Source: Tricharina praecox (Eukaryota). Taken from it: DNA of 64,000 nt. The stretch spans positions 310,001-374,000 of the forward strand of contig NW_026250432.1 of NCBI RefSeq assembly GCF_024521635.1, given 5' to 3'. The notes under the pieces were generated by a model, which was given only the letters and a program-made list of their open reading frames with translations, made no database searches and was not told the DNA's origin. The position numbers and the translations under genes were made by a program. Shown piece after piece: positions 23,167-35,802 of this stretch (within the stretch, counting starts at the first letter, position 1; each line of letters begins with the position of its first letter).

Positions 23167-24471
23167 TGGGAATGGTTGTGAGGGTGGGAAGAAGAGGGTT
23201 TTTTTTCCTTCCGCTGCTTTCGTTCGGTCGCGATTGGAACACGCGCTACCAATCAGACCCGATTCCTTTCGCGGGCGACGGTCGGGTTCGGTGGGGATTG
23301 AAGAGGTGGTGTGACGCGGGCAGCTGCGATGAGGTTGGAGAGAGGAGGGTGGTGAGTGTGAGAGGAAGATAGGAAGAGGATGGTGGTGATGATGTGTGGT
23401 GTTGTTGTGGGGTGGTTGGGATGACTTGACTTGGACACGGAGTGAGGGAAGGGATAGGTGGATTGGGCTTGGGTTTTGGTTGGGTGAGAGAATAGGAAGG
23501 AAGGTAGGGGATGGGGTTGGTTGGTAGTGGTGCTGGGAGTTGTGAGTGGTGATGAAGGAGTTCGCGGAAAGAAAGTTGTGTTGCAACGGGAGTTTGGCTG
23601 GTCACTAGGCAGAGTGAGGGCGATCGAGAAGACAGCAGGCGACGGTGTGGTAGTGTGGCAGTGAAAAAGAAGGGGGCAGAAAAGGAGATGGAGACGCTCG
23701 GAAAGAGCAAACAAAGTGTCACAGAAACTTTTCGTCTTCTCTCTCTCATCCTTTCTATCTGTCTCTTCATCAATCCTACTACGGTCATCCTTCACTTTCG
23801 ACCCTCACAATCAACTGTATCGTGAGCCAACCGCCACCATTTGCTTCCCATCGACAACATCATCACGGGATTCGCCACAGCAGGACAGGCAGAAGATCGG
23901 AGGAGTAAATATCTAACATCACCTGTGAAGCAATGTAACAATCGCTAACAAGTATCGACAGAAATCATCAACAAACAGGGGTCGATCATGCCTCATGCTT
24001 CGCGATGATCAGAACACGTTCATCGATACTAGGAGTTTCTGCCGAGAGGCCAGCCTTGGTGCAATTGTGGCCTCCCCCGTGAAAGAAGCGCACGTTACAC
24101 ACATGAGCGAGCATGATCTTGACTTGGATCACAGTGCGATAGGCAGATGAATGTGTCGTATGTATTCCTCTACTCTAGAGGACACAGGCTGCCAGCCGTA
24201 CGACGATACATACGCGGTAGTTACACCCGACCCACACACAGAATACTCATTAGACATATCCACCCGATGCATGAGAAGAGAGGACCGGCTATAGCCTGAA
24301 GGCTACATGCCGTATTATGCGAAGAAGAGAAGAAAACAACAACAGAAAGCAAGTACACGCAAAATACACAAGCATGGTGGTTTGATATCACAATCAGCCT
24401 TACAACTACAATACCCCCGCCATGCCTTACAATTCCTCCCCAGCCCGCCCCGAACACAGTAAGTCGACCAC

Positions 24472-25678
24472 TCAAGCCCTCCTCCACCACTCCTCCTCAG
24501 GCCCAATTTTCCCATCGCCGACGGGACTCGCCGTTCCGTCCCTCGCCTCCTCGTGGTCAGGTTTATGCACGTGCAGCAGATTGAAGAACCAATCCTCGAG
24601 CGGCAGCAGATTCACCAACACGCCGTTGACATGCCAGCCGGCCACGGCAACAAAGAATCCCGCCACAGCGTCGAGCACGAAATGGTTCGCCGTGGCGAGG
24701 ATCGCGATAAGGATCATGGTCGGATACGCCATTCCCGCCGCGATCAGCATTAGCCTGCGGCGGATGTTGGTGGCGCGCACGTTCGGCATCGTGGCAATCG
24801 TTAGCCCGATGATGAATGAATAGCCGAAATGGAGCGATGGCATTGCCGCTCTGGAACGTCGGTGTCAGCAGCGCGCTTGGTGGGGGATACGAAGGATGCA
24901 TGCATGCTTACAGTTGCTGGCAAAACCTGTTGCTTGTCCACACACTCGCAACTTTACCGGTGTGCACGGTGTCCACGAAGCCAAACCCGTCTTCTTCTGG
25001 CAGCAGGCGCGGCGGCATACACGGCCACGACGTGAAGATCACAAACGCTATCAGGTTGCATATCGCCAGGGTCCTCCTGCGGGCCTCGAAAAGCGGCCTG
25101 GGAGCGTAGTGGTACAGACACGCAAGGAACGTGATGGTGCCGGGAATGTGGATGAACGAGTACATGCAGTTAATGATCTTTAGCAAGACCGGACGCGGCA
25201 GGAACCAGTGCTGAACATCCAGCTCGATGAAGAGCCCGAGACGCTTTTCGAGCGAGATGAGTGATAGGGCGTGAAGTCGCGCGATGGGCGTGAGGTCGGC
25301 TTGCAGCGTTAATGCTGTGAAGGCTCGCCCGATTTGGTAGGTCTGATATCGGCCTGTTAGGCTCCAATAAACCGACATAGACACAGACAGAATACGCACC
25401 CAGTACACCAACAACCAGTACCAAACCTCGACCGCGAACGGATATCTCGCAATGAACCTGCTAATCTTGGTGTCCCTCCACACAGCGGTATTCCGACACC
25501 TCACCGTCCGGCCGAACACTTTACGTTCCCGCCACTGCGGCTCCATGTTGGGCAGCAAAGACTCCGACGATGGAGAACGGTAGCCATCCTTCAGGCTAGT
25601 ACTTCGCCGATTAACGTATACTCCGCCGATGAGAATCGTGGCGACGATTATCGGTTCGATGAAAGCGTCGGCACCCAT
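24472..25678 (-). CDS. PAP2-superfamily (Aur1/Ipt1-like) integral membrane protein; exons 25678-25400, 25342-24912, 24850-24472
   Basis: WPCMPPRLL, AAMPSLHFGYS (restored by splicing) and ATANHFVLDAVAG motifs; multiple TM helices. Confidence 0.88.
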
Positions 25679-26698
25679 CTTGGACGATATGATGGGAAGT
25701 AGGCTTGGGCAGAGATGGGTAATAGTAACTTGAACCGATAACAATGTTTATCCGAATCAACGTCCGTCTTCACAGTGCACACGGAGTCGAGAGAGAGGTG
25801 GAGAGAGCTCAAAAATCGACGGAAGCAATGGTGAGCTGTCTGACAAATATGGTGGTCCCCATCCCACCACAGCGGACCAGACGGCATCCGGCCCTTCCCC
25901 ATCCCGTGGGAATTGTAAACATGTGCGGAGAGTGATGCAATAATACATTCGGCGTCGGCCGTCGGCTCGTCTTCTTTCCGATTTTTGCCAAGATATACAA
26001 CACCCACATCACTCATAACCACCGTAAGTTTCCGAAATCTCTGCAGCTGTTGTGTGGTTGTGATGTGACGTGATTCGTTCGTTCGTTCGCCTTGGTGGAT
26101 TGGCAAAACTTGGTTGCATCATGCCGAACGTACCGTACGTGTGGTGTCGCGTGATCCGTATAACGAACCGTATTATCACAGGATTGCCCCGCTGCACCGC
26201 TGCACTGCTGCACTGCAGAAATACGAATCATACCCACCTGCCACGGAGCCTGAGATCGCCGCCCTGCCTAAGTGATCGATATGTGTGGTTTTTGTTCTTT
26301 GTTGTGGTGGGGGGGACAGGGCGGGAGTGCAAGAGTGGGGATCTCGAGGGCATCACCGTGTTCAAGATACCCAACATGTGCACACGACACAGATGATTCT
26401 CGGAGCCCCGTCACTGCCGTCGACGTCGAAAAATATCGCTGGATTTTGCTTACATCGCTATGCTATCCTGCAGCGGGTTCGTTAACTCCGACGACAACCC
26501 TTCACTTAACGTTAACTGCATAGAGATTAGCTGTGGTGGCGGTGTCTGATTGGCACCAAGCCCGATGCTGCTAGTAGACAAGCGTAGATCCTGCATGCTG
26601 GTCCGTGCGTCCAAAAATTATTCCCAACGAACGTTACTCCGAGTAGAGCCCCACGGCCTCCCACCACCAGCAGCACCACCACAACCACGCGCGACACA

Positions 26699-27892
26699 AT
26701 GACGACGCCGATAAAATTCAGCACACATGCGAACCTGCGGCACCGGCTGGTGCTCGCGACGCTGACGGGCACACCGCTGCACATAACTCAGATCCGCTCG
26801 AACTCGTTAACGCCCGGCCTCACACCGTCGGAATTCTCGCTCCTCCGCCTGCTGGACACGCTCACCAACGGCGCCTTCTTCGAGGTGTCCGTGACGGGAA
26901 CAACCTTCCTCTACCGGCCCGGCCTGATCACCGGCAACGGCGGCAAGCCCGTGACCCACGTCCTGCCGGAGACCTGCACGCGCGGTGTCAGCTACTACCT
27001 CGAAGTGCTCGCGCTCCTCGCGCCGTTCTCGAAAGCCTCCTTCTCGGTGACCCTCACCGGCGGAGTGATCACTGCCGCAACCGAGCTCGACGCAAGCGTG
27101 GACACGTTCCGAACCGCGTACCTCCCGCTGTTCGCAAAGTTCGACATATCGCGCGGGCTGGAGCTACGGATCATCAAACGGTCGGCGGGCCCGCACGGCG
27201 CGGGCGAGGTCCAATTCGTGCATGGCCACCAGGTCCGCCTGCCAAAGACGCTGCACCTGCAGACCCCAGGCCGCGTCAAGAAGATCCGCGGCGTGGCGTA
27301 CGCTATCGGCGTCTCCGCCGGGAATAACGCGCGCATGATTGAGGCCGCCCGCGGCGTGCTCAACAGGTTCATCCCCGATGTGTATGTCTTCAGCGACGTT
27401 GCGAAGCCGCAGATCGTCCCTGCGGACTATGGGAAGGAGGGCGCGGCGGAGAGGGCAGGTGGTGTGACGAAAGGCCGTGCGGGGGGGAAGACGAAGAAGG
27501 TCGGCGTCGGCTTTGGCATGAGTCTGCTGGCCGAGAGCGGGACGGGGTGTATATATTCTGCGGATGCCACCGCGGCGCCGAGTGAGCCCGCCGAAGATGT
27601 GGGCCGCAGGGTCGCGTTCATGCTGCTGGAGGAGATTGCGCTCGGTGGATGTGTGGGCCGCACAGGTGCTATGGCGGTGCTGACGATGATGATGATGGGT
27701 GTTGAGGGTGATGTGGGAAGGGTGGTCCTGGGGAAGGACCTCATTGACGACGGCTTCGTGAGCTGTCTGAGGGATATGAAGAAGGTGTTTGGTTCGGAGG
27801 TCGGAATCAGGGACGCCCAGGGTAAGGAGGGTAATGTGATCGTCAGTGTCGTCGGGAAGGGAGTGGGTAATGTGGGCAGGAAGCTGGCTTAA
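26699..27892 (+). CDS. RCL1: RNA 3'-terminal phosphate cyclase-like 18S rRNA biogenesis protein (397 aa)
   Basis: LRHRLVLATLTG, LLRLLDTLTNG, YYLE-L-LLAPFSK, RMIEAARGVLN-FIPDVY, C-terminal G-G-GNVGRKLA. Confidence 0.92.
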   Translation: MTTPIKFSTHANLRHRLVLATLTGTPLHITQIRSNSLTPGLTPSEFSLLRLLDTLTNGAFFEVSVTGTTFLYRPGLITGNGGKPVTHVLPETCTRGVSYYLEVLALLAPFSKASFSVTLTGGVITAATELDASVDTFRTAYLPLFAKFDISRGLELRIIKRSAGPHGAGEVQFVHGHQVRLPKTLHLQTPGRVKKIRGVAYAIGVSAGNNARMIEAARGVLNRFIPDVYVFSDVAKPQIVPADYGKEGAAERAGGVTKGRAGGKTKKVGVGFGMSLLAESGTGCIYSADATAAPSEPAEDVGRRVAFMLLEEIALGGCVGRTGAMAVLTMMMMGVEGDVGRVVLGKDLIDDGFVSCLRDMKKVFGSEVGIRDAQGKEGNVIVSVVGKGVGNVGRKLA

Positions 27893-28092
27893 CGCATATA
27901 TCCTACATCTCTCTGCTTTATCATGTTTAGGGGGTTTGCAAAAGTTTTGTCCTCAGTACCTAATGAATGTATAGCGTTACAATATGGACGGCAAGGGAAG
28001 CCTTTGGATATGATGATCTACCCATTCATCGACAATCAAAAGAAAAGTACATGACCAACCAATCGATCCTACAGTTTTCAATTCCAGCAAAA

Positions 28093-28180
28093 TGATCACT
28101 ACAGGGGTCGAACCTGTGACCTTGGCGTTGCACATCTGATGATATTAGCACCACGCTCTAACCAACTGAGCTAAGCGACC
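28093..28180 (-). tRNA. tRNA-Ile(AAT) with 14-nt intron at 28129-28142
   Basis: Exons identical to the tRNA at 16506-16592 in reverse complement; anticodon at 28144-28146; T-run terminator. Confidence 0.95.
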
Positions 28181-28228
28181 TATACACTGTCTTTCACTCC
28201 GCGCACCTTGAGGCCCACTCCCCCTCTC

Positions 28229-29646
28229 TCACCAGAGAAACTTCTTCCTCTCCACCGCGCTATGCGTATACCTCCTCCCCTCCTCCTCCCTAATACTCGC
28301 CATCCCCACATCCCCATCCAGCTCTGCCATATCCCTTTCGACAACCTCACACCCCGGCCAACTCCCACTCCTCGCGCCCAACCCCGGAAACCTCCTCTTC
28401 TCCCTCCCGCGCACACTAACCAGCCTCCTAACCCTATCCACCACGCCACCAATCGCCATCCCCAGCGACCTCCTGCCCACCACCGCGGCCGTGTTCCCAT
28501 TCCCGTGTCCGTTCCTAACGCTATCATTACAGCTAGTCGCATCATCACTCCACTTGGACTCCAGCGCAGCCTCGAGTTCCAGCAGCTCGCACGCGGCCAC
28601 CTCCAGGTCGAGCCTTGCCATCCGCCGCACCACGCCCACGTCCAACGGCGAGAACCAACTCGGGTGCAGGTGCACCTCTGGGAACGCTGGTGACGACGCT
28701 GCGGAGAATGAGAGCGAGGTGAGAGGTGGGTTGAAGATGTCGAGTGTGGGAGGCAGGATCGCCGGCGGGAGGAGGTCGGAGAGCCGCCGCGAGGAGATGG
28801 AGGGTGTGGGCGAGGGGGGGTGAGGGTAAGGGGCGAGTGGGGAGGGAGGTGTGCGTGGTGCGGAGGGCTGCGAGCTGTACACGCTTGACGAGTCGCTGCG
28901 CGGCAGCGACGCGCTGTGGGCGCTGCGTGCGAACGGGGCGAAGCGCGGGGAGGCGAGGAGGGCCTCAAGGTCGGCGGCGGCGGCGGCACTGGTGGAGAAG
29001 GGGGAGAAGGGCTCGGGGGAGAGGGGGGGTGCGAGGGGGAGCGGTTTTTGCGGCGGGAGAGGGAAGTCGGCTGGACCAGGCCGGATGCGGTCGTTGAAAG
29101 GGCGGTGGCCGGGAACGGGGGGGATGCTGGGCGGCTCGGGTAGGGGCTGTGGGTAGTCCATTCCCATGCCGAGGACTTGTAGGTACTTGTTGGAGCGCTT
29201 GTGCTGCAGCGGACGAGGCCCGCGGGAGCCGATCGGGGAGTGTGGTCGTTGCGGACTGAATAGCGGGGATGAGTCAATGGCTGAGGGGGAGAGGAAGAGG
29301 GCTGACAGCTGGGTGGCTAGGTGTGCTGGCTGGAGGACCAGCTCGTGGCGTCCTAATGTCTGCATTGGTCAGTTCAGTGATGGAAGAGGTCGAGGACATT
29401 AGAGTTATCTACCTGGATATCTTCGACGTCAGCGGCGAAGCCTCTGTTAACAGATTTCGAACGGTACAGCCGCTGCGGTACTTCGAAGCTGACAGAAGTC
29501 GAACGATACAGCCGCGGTGGTGCTTCGTAACCGTGGGCCCGTCGAACGGCGGCCAGATTGTTTGATGAAACTGAGCTCCGTACCTTCAGCGGTGCCGGGT
29601 GTACAGACCGCCTGGAGGAGGAAGCCGTGGTGATAGTAGGATCCAT
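28229..29646 (-). CDS. Hypothetical Pro/Ser-rich protein; exons 29646-29413, 29359-28229
   Basis: 53-nt intron (GTAGAT..CTGAC..TGCAG) joins two ORFs in frame; internal repeat PPRLYRSTSV/PQRLYRSKSV; no recognised domain. Confidence 0.55.
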
Positions 29647-30834
29647 TTCCCGTGAAGTGCAATTTTGGGAGTCGAGATGAAGGAAACGAATAGACGGATG
29701 AGACAATGGGGAATCAAAGAGAATTGGTCCACCATCACCGTTTTCACTTGGGATGCTGGCTGTTGTAGATACATCAGTAGGTAGAACAAAGAATGAAGGT
29801 AAATGTGGATTCCTAAGGGAGAGCACGTGCTATATCTGCTGAGCATTCCACGGGGCACCGGAAATGCCCATCTGTAGCTGTGATATCTGATGTCAGAACG
29901 GAATCGTAAAGTTCAATTCTGATATCGCGAGTGATAGCGCGTGGGGCAACGGGTGGTCCCTTCTGTGGGGTAGATTCTGCACTTGGCCCATGGAAGACAG
30001 CCCCAAAATTCTAATTCGTGCGCTAGAGACATTCTCTGGACGCTGGAATTCTCGGTACGTCCGATAACGGCGATCACTTGCGGTGGTTCGAGCATTCCTC
30101 TCCACCGTCATGGAAATACACTCGCCACTCATGAGTGGCTGAGTGGCTGGTACGATGTTTCACTCCAGTCCGTGAGTTGCTCGGGCCGGAACTCTACGCG
30201 AGGGAAGCCAGGAAAGCAGCCTATGCGGCCGATAACGAAGGCTGGGATGAACAATCTAGCCGATCTCGGCCAGCCGCCAGCGTGTCAACTGCATAACGAA
30301 CATGAGACCAGCCTAAGTGCCAGACTGGCCCTATGTAGCAAGTAACAAGAACACCAGCCATAGAATTCTCCTTGTGTATGTAGATGCCCCTTCTGCCTCT
30401 TGGATAGGTACATAGCTCAGCACGCATAACTATTGATCGCCAGGGAATCGCGATAATTACCAAACTTCTTATCGTTGACTGACCTAAATAACCTACGCTG
30501 AGTACGTACTCTACATAGAGCATCCGCAGCACCATAGTACTCAGCGCAACCCCGGCAACGTGACGAATACGTACCCCGGACACCCATCATCAGCAGAGCA
30601 GAGCACCTCCGACTTGCAGTTCGGCAAGCACAAGCACAAGCTCCAACCGTCTAACGTCTCTCCTTCCCCCCCTCCCCTCCCCTCACTTCAGCGAGCGACG
30701 GAACGGAAAGCGACACAAGCGAAAGGGGAGGAACAAAGGAAAAAGAAGTCTAAGCTGACGGTACGAAACGCAGGACAGATCTACCACCACCACTACCACC
30801 GCAAATAGATTCGTCAAAAAGCGCACTTTGAACC

Positions 30835-33800
30835 ATGTCCTACGACGACGACGAGATCATGTTGTCCTTCGAACCTCTCCCCACGACGACGACGCGCGCA
30901 ACTCCTCCTGCACCGCCACCGCCACTTCCGCTATTACCGGTGGAGAAGAACGAGGAGGTCGAGTACGATGACTTTGGTTTGCCCGTTAGGAAGCGCTCGC
31001 CGTCTCCGGTTTTCGATACCGACGTCTCGGACTCCGACGACGAGCTACCTCCCCCGCCGGCGAAGGTTACCGAGCAGAAGTCGGGTGAATCGATAGAGGT
31101 GGCAAAGCCGGCGAGGGAAGACGTTTCGGTAGCTGTAGCGCCGGTGTCAGTGGAACCGGTACAGCCTCCGGCTTCGAGTGCACCGGTGGTGCCAATTGCG
31201 GAGGAAAGGAAAGCGGAGAGAGAGGTGCCCACAATCACCAAGGAGGAGCCGGAAAGCACACAATATGTCGTCCCGAAATCGAGCCATCAGCGCAACAACT
31301 CGCTCATGTCCCTTCCGGAGGAGGACCGCAAGGACAACGAAGTGCGGATGTTCTCGGAGGACCCCAAGGACCCTCACATGCCGACGGGGATGGGCACGGT
31401 GTCGGAATGGTCGCACCAGCAGATAGTGCCGCGCGGGGGTCGCGCGGAAGGCAAGGGCGACATCGTCAACGACAAAAAGAACGACTCCGAAGACGAGTGG
31501 CAGGCGATGCCGGCGTACGCGCCCTACGACATCTACGACGACGACGACCGTCTGATCGCGCGCGCGCACGTGGACTCGGAAGACGAGGAGGATAGTGGCG
31601 CGGCGAAAGGGTACACGAGGGTGTACGACGACGAAGATGCGGACTCTGTAACCAGTATGGATGAGAATACGAACTACCTTTTTAGAGAGAACGAGGACGA
31701 CGAGGCGGCGAGGAACCCGCTGTCGCAGATGAAGGCGACGAAGGAGCTGTTGACCGAAGGGCAGCGCATCGCGTATGTCGGCGTGTGTAGGCTAGCACTG
31801 ATAGAGATGCTGCGGGATCTGCAGCGGCTACAGGCGAAAGGGCGGGGGGCCAAGAGGAATGTTTCGCAGGCCGTGGACGGAATGATCAAATGGAGCCAGA
31901 AGATAATGGTGCGGCTGTACACGCATATGGAACTATCCCCACCTGGTACGCTTTGCCTTAGATTCTGCAGCTCTCTCCCGGGGAATCGCTTGATTGGGTA
32001 TTGACTCCGTTCTTGAAGAACAAATCATGATAGAACAATTGGCCGGGCATGGCGTATTACCATCGGACCTCACGCCAGCGCTCATGCAGAATTCACGTGT
32101 CCACAATCCCATGGCAGGCGGAGCCGATACTCCTCGGCGGCAGTCGTCCATATTCTCCAACGCCAGTAGCTCCCCCAACCGCGCATCTCAAGCGTCCTTT
32201 GCGCCCGGGGCCCTGGCGGAGTATCAGGACACCGACCTCGAGACCACTAAGACGCTCTCACAGCTCCCGCAAACCAAGACGCTCGACATCGACCTGCGTT
32301 GGACGGTGCTGTGCGATCTCTTCCTGGTGTTAATCGCCGACTCGGTCTACGATGCACGTGCGCGAGTGCTTCTGGAACGTGTTGGAGTGATGTTCGATGT
32401 TTCGTGGCTGGACATATGCAAGTTCGAGAAGCGAGTGACGGACGCGCTCGAGATGCAGGAATCCACAGAGCAGCACTGGGCGGAACAGGAGCACCTGGAT
32501 GCGCGGCGGAAGGCGGCTAGGAACAAGCGTTTCGTCATGCTGGGACTCGCTACCGTAGGTGGAGGCTTAGTTATCGGGCTGAGTGGAGGATTGTTGGCGC
32601 CCGTCATTGGCGCCGGATTGGCTGCTGGGTTCACTACCATCGGTGTGGTGGGAACCAGTGGATTCCTGGCGGGTGCGGGAGGCACGGCTATCATTGCTAG
32701 TGGTGCCGCTATCAGCGGGAGTGTCATCGGTGGGAGGGCGGGTTTCAATCGAATGAAGAGTGTCAGTACATTCGAGTTCAAGCCTCTGCACAACGCCAAG
32801 CGGGTGAACCTGATCATCACAGTTTCCGGGTAGGCCACTCTTCAAGCACTGATATTGATGCCAGCATGCTGACTCTTCCGCGATGCAGATGGATGAACGG
32901 CAAGATCGATGACGTTAGACTGCCCTTTTCAACGGTCGACCCGATCATGGGGGATCTCTTTTCCATTTACTGGGAACCCGAGATGCTGCAGTCTATGGGA
33001 CAGACCATTAGTATCCTGGCTACAGAGGTTCGTGTTGGATCTTTCGTCCTACACGCGCGGCATATGCTAACGGTATTAGGCCCTGACCCAAACCCTTCAG
33101 CAAGTCCTCGGCTCGACCATCTTGATCTCCCTGATGGCTGCCATCCAGCTTCCAGTGGTGTTGACGAAGCTGGCCTACCTCCTCGACAACCCCTGGTCAG
33201 TATCCCTCGACCGGGCTGCCGCCGCGGGCCTGATCCTGGCGGACACGCTCGTCCACCGCAACCTGGGAGTGCGTCCCGTGACATTAGTCGGCTACTCCCT
33301 CGGCGCGCGGGTCATCTACTTCTGTCTCAAGGAGCTCGCGCGGCTCGGCGCCGCGGGGCTAGTTCAGAACGCATACATGTTCGGCTCTCCGGTGGTCGTC
33401 AAGAACGACGAGTACGTGCAGGCGGTGTCGATGGTGTCGGGCCGCTTCGTGAACGGCTACGCCACCAACGACTGGATCCTCGGGTACCTGTTCCGGGCGA
33501 CCAGCGGCGGCATCGGTAGAATCGGTGGCTTAGCCGCTGTGGATATCCCCGGCGTTGAGAACGTCGACGTCACCGCAGAGGTCAACGGCCACATGGCCTA
33601 TCGTGCCGCCATGCCGAAGCTGCTGAGGAAAGTGGGCTGGGAGGTCACCAGCGACGAGTTCTCGGAGATCGAAGATCCGGTGCGTCCCCTCCATCCACCC
33701 ATCCATCCGCCTGTTGGGCCGGTGCTAACACCAAATAGGACCCGGAGAACCACCAGCAGCGCCAACGCGAGCTCATCAACGAGCTCGACGAAGTGCGCAA

Positions 33801-34407
33801 AGAGCTCGAGCGCAGCGGCGGGCAAAAGCGCAAGTGGAACTTCTTCGGCCGCAACAAAGACCCGGTCAAGAAGAAGGACTGGGAGACGTACGATGCCCAT
33901 GCCGCGGCGGCGGCCGCCGCCGCAGGCACGGCAAACTCCAACTCCACTGGCACCCCGACTAACGGCGCCGATCCGAAATCAAACCCCAATCCAAACCTAA
34001 ACCCCAATGTCCTCTTCGACATCGACGCCATCCGCGCTGAGATCGAGGCGAGTTCTCGCGAAGAACAGCTGCCGAAGGATATGGCGGGCGTGAAACTCGA
34101 CTCGAAGCCCCCGGCGGCGGCGACGCTGGCCCCGGAATCAGCCGGGTTGCGGCATACGAAAAGCTTTGATGATCGCCCCTTCGACAGGAAGGACGCCGGC
34201 TCGCGAAGGGGGTATGGTAGTGATGTGGATGAGCGAGGGGGGGAGAAGAAGGATAGTAGTAGCAGTCGGACGGGGTATACGAATGCAAACGCAAACAATG
34301 GCGACGCCGGCGGCGGCTACGATGGATATGGCAGCGGGAAGAATGTTTGGGCGGACTACGATGAGTATGAGGACGGCGAGGGGGAGATGCAGATGACGTT
34401 TGCGTAG
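30835..34407 (+). CDS. DUF726/TMCO4-family alpha/beta-hydrolase-like membrane protein (yeast Mil1-like); exons 30835-31945, 32019-32829, 32889-33027, 33080-33679, 33739-34407
   Basis: DLRWTVLCDLFLVLIADSVYDARAR, glycine-rich hydrophobic segment GLATVGGGLVIGLSGGLLAPVIGAG, RPVTLVGYSLGARVI (GxSxG); four introns keep the frame. Confidence 0.9.
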
Positions 34408-34828
34408 TTGGTGGGCTGTGGTGGGCTGTGGTGCTAAGGTGGGGGGCTGTGGGGGGCTGTGGTGGGGTGCTACGTTGGTGGGGTGTATGCGGAGTCTTAT
34501 TGGTTTGTTTATTAGGTATTCTATTCAATGGGCTGCGGTTGCGGCTTCGGATTATTCGCGTTCTTGCTCTTCTTGGTACTTATACTTGCTGCTTGTGTAC
34601 TGTGGGGGTGAGGGGTGAGGGGTGAGGGCGTTGTTTTGTATGCGTAATTGCAAGGAATAGACGTGGATGGACTCTATGGATCGTGCAGTAGATATTGGAG
34701 GAGAGGATGCTGTGTATAGAGATGCCAGAGAGTACTTACTTAACGTTTATAACTACCACACAACTTTTCCTGAGATCTGATATCCGGCCCGACTGTAGTA
34801 CTCTTGCCAGGTGATAGGCCTCAGCTGC

Positions 34829-35268
34829 GAATCACTCGTGATGCAATCATTGGATAGCTGTTGCAACTTGCGGGCTGTTATTGGTTTATTGGTTCTACCT
34901 ACCTTAGGTAATTACTCTCGACTTTTACAAGCACATGGAGAGTCCAAAGGGTTGTGTGGCTCGAGTGATGATTGAATGGCTGTCAAGCAGATCTTTGATC
35001 TTGGAATCACTCGTGATAGTTGAATGGCGGTTGCGGGATGCTATTGATTCTACTCGCACTCTCTACCTTTCCAAACACATGAAGGTAGGAGGGAATCTTG
35101 GAATCACTCCTGCTGCAATCATCGAATAGCTGTTGTAGTGTTGCAACTTACGTGCTGCCATTACCAATTAACTCTACCTAGCTAATTACCCACCTACTCT
35201 CGACTTCCCCAAGCACCCCAATACTCCCAAGCGCCGAATGGCACGAGTGATAGATGCCCGATCACTCG
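34829..35268. repeat. Degenerate repeat cluster of ~100-150-bp units bounded by ATCACTCG/CGAGTGAT
   Basis: Segments ~34829-34969 and ~35101-35251 align by eye; a third partial copy starts ~35004. Confidence 0.6.
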
Positions 35269-35437
35269 CGATGTGTGCTTTGAACTTTCGGCAAGGCACC
35301 CGTTGGTACGATTTACCGGTATTTAAAGAGGCCCGCGGTCAGAGACGATGGGAGGAAGAGGATTTGCATGCATAACTACTATGATCTGGTAAGGTTGAGT
35401 GCAATGATGATTAGACAAAGATCAAAAAAAAAAATAA

Positions 35438-35802
35438 GGGCCCGTTTGGATGGCACAAAAACTGAGAAAAAAAAAACTGAAACTGTGCGGCTTCGGCGAT
35501 GAAACGGGAACTGACCTCTGGAGGTCTTTTCTTCACCGCCACCACTCAGTACCGCATTTTAACTTCAACCATGGACTTTCCTTACGAAATGCGGGACTAC
35601 AATGTGTCTACTATTTATTAAAGCTCTTGTGAAGCCTATTTACTCAGACTCATGGCTGAGTATCTATACCGAGAACTGCCAAACACTCTGTTCACCTCAA
35701 GGCTTTGCGGAAACTGAAACTGAACAGTAGTCGGTGTCCCGGCGGGGAACTGAATTTGGCTCTAAAACTGGAACTGAAAACTGAGGCCATCCAAACGGGC
35801 CC
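35438..35802. mobile_element. PIF/Harbinger (Tourist-like) MITE, 365 bp
   Basis: Perfect 17-bp TIRs GGGCCCGTTTGGATGGC (35438-35454) and GCCATCCAAACGGGCCC (35786-35802); TAA duplication at 35435-35437 and 35803-35805; no coding capacity. Confidence 0.9.

Noticed and set aside
28180..29277. 365-aa alternative-frame ORF overlapping the orphan gene
   Set aside because: GC-rich low-complexity frame without splice support; the other frame is joined by a clean intron.
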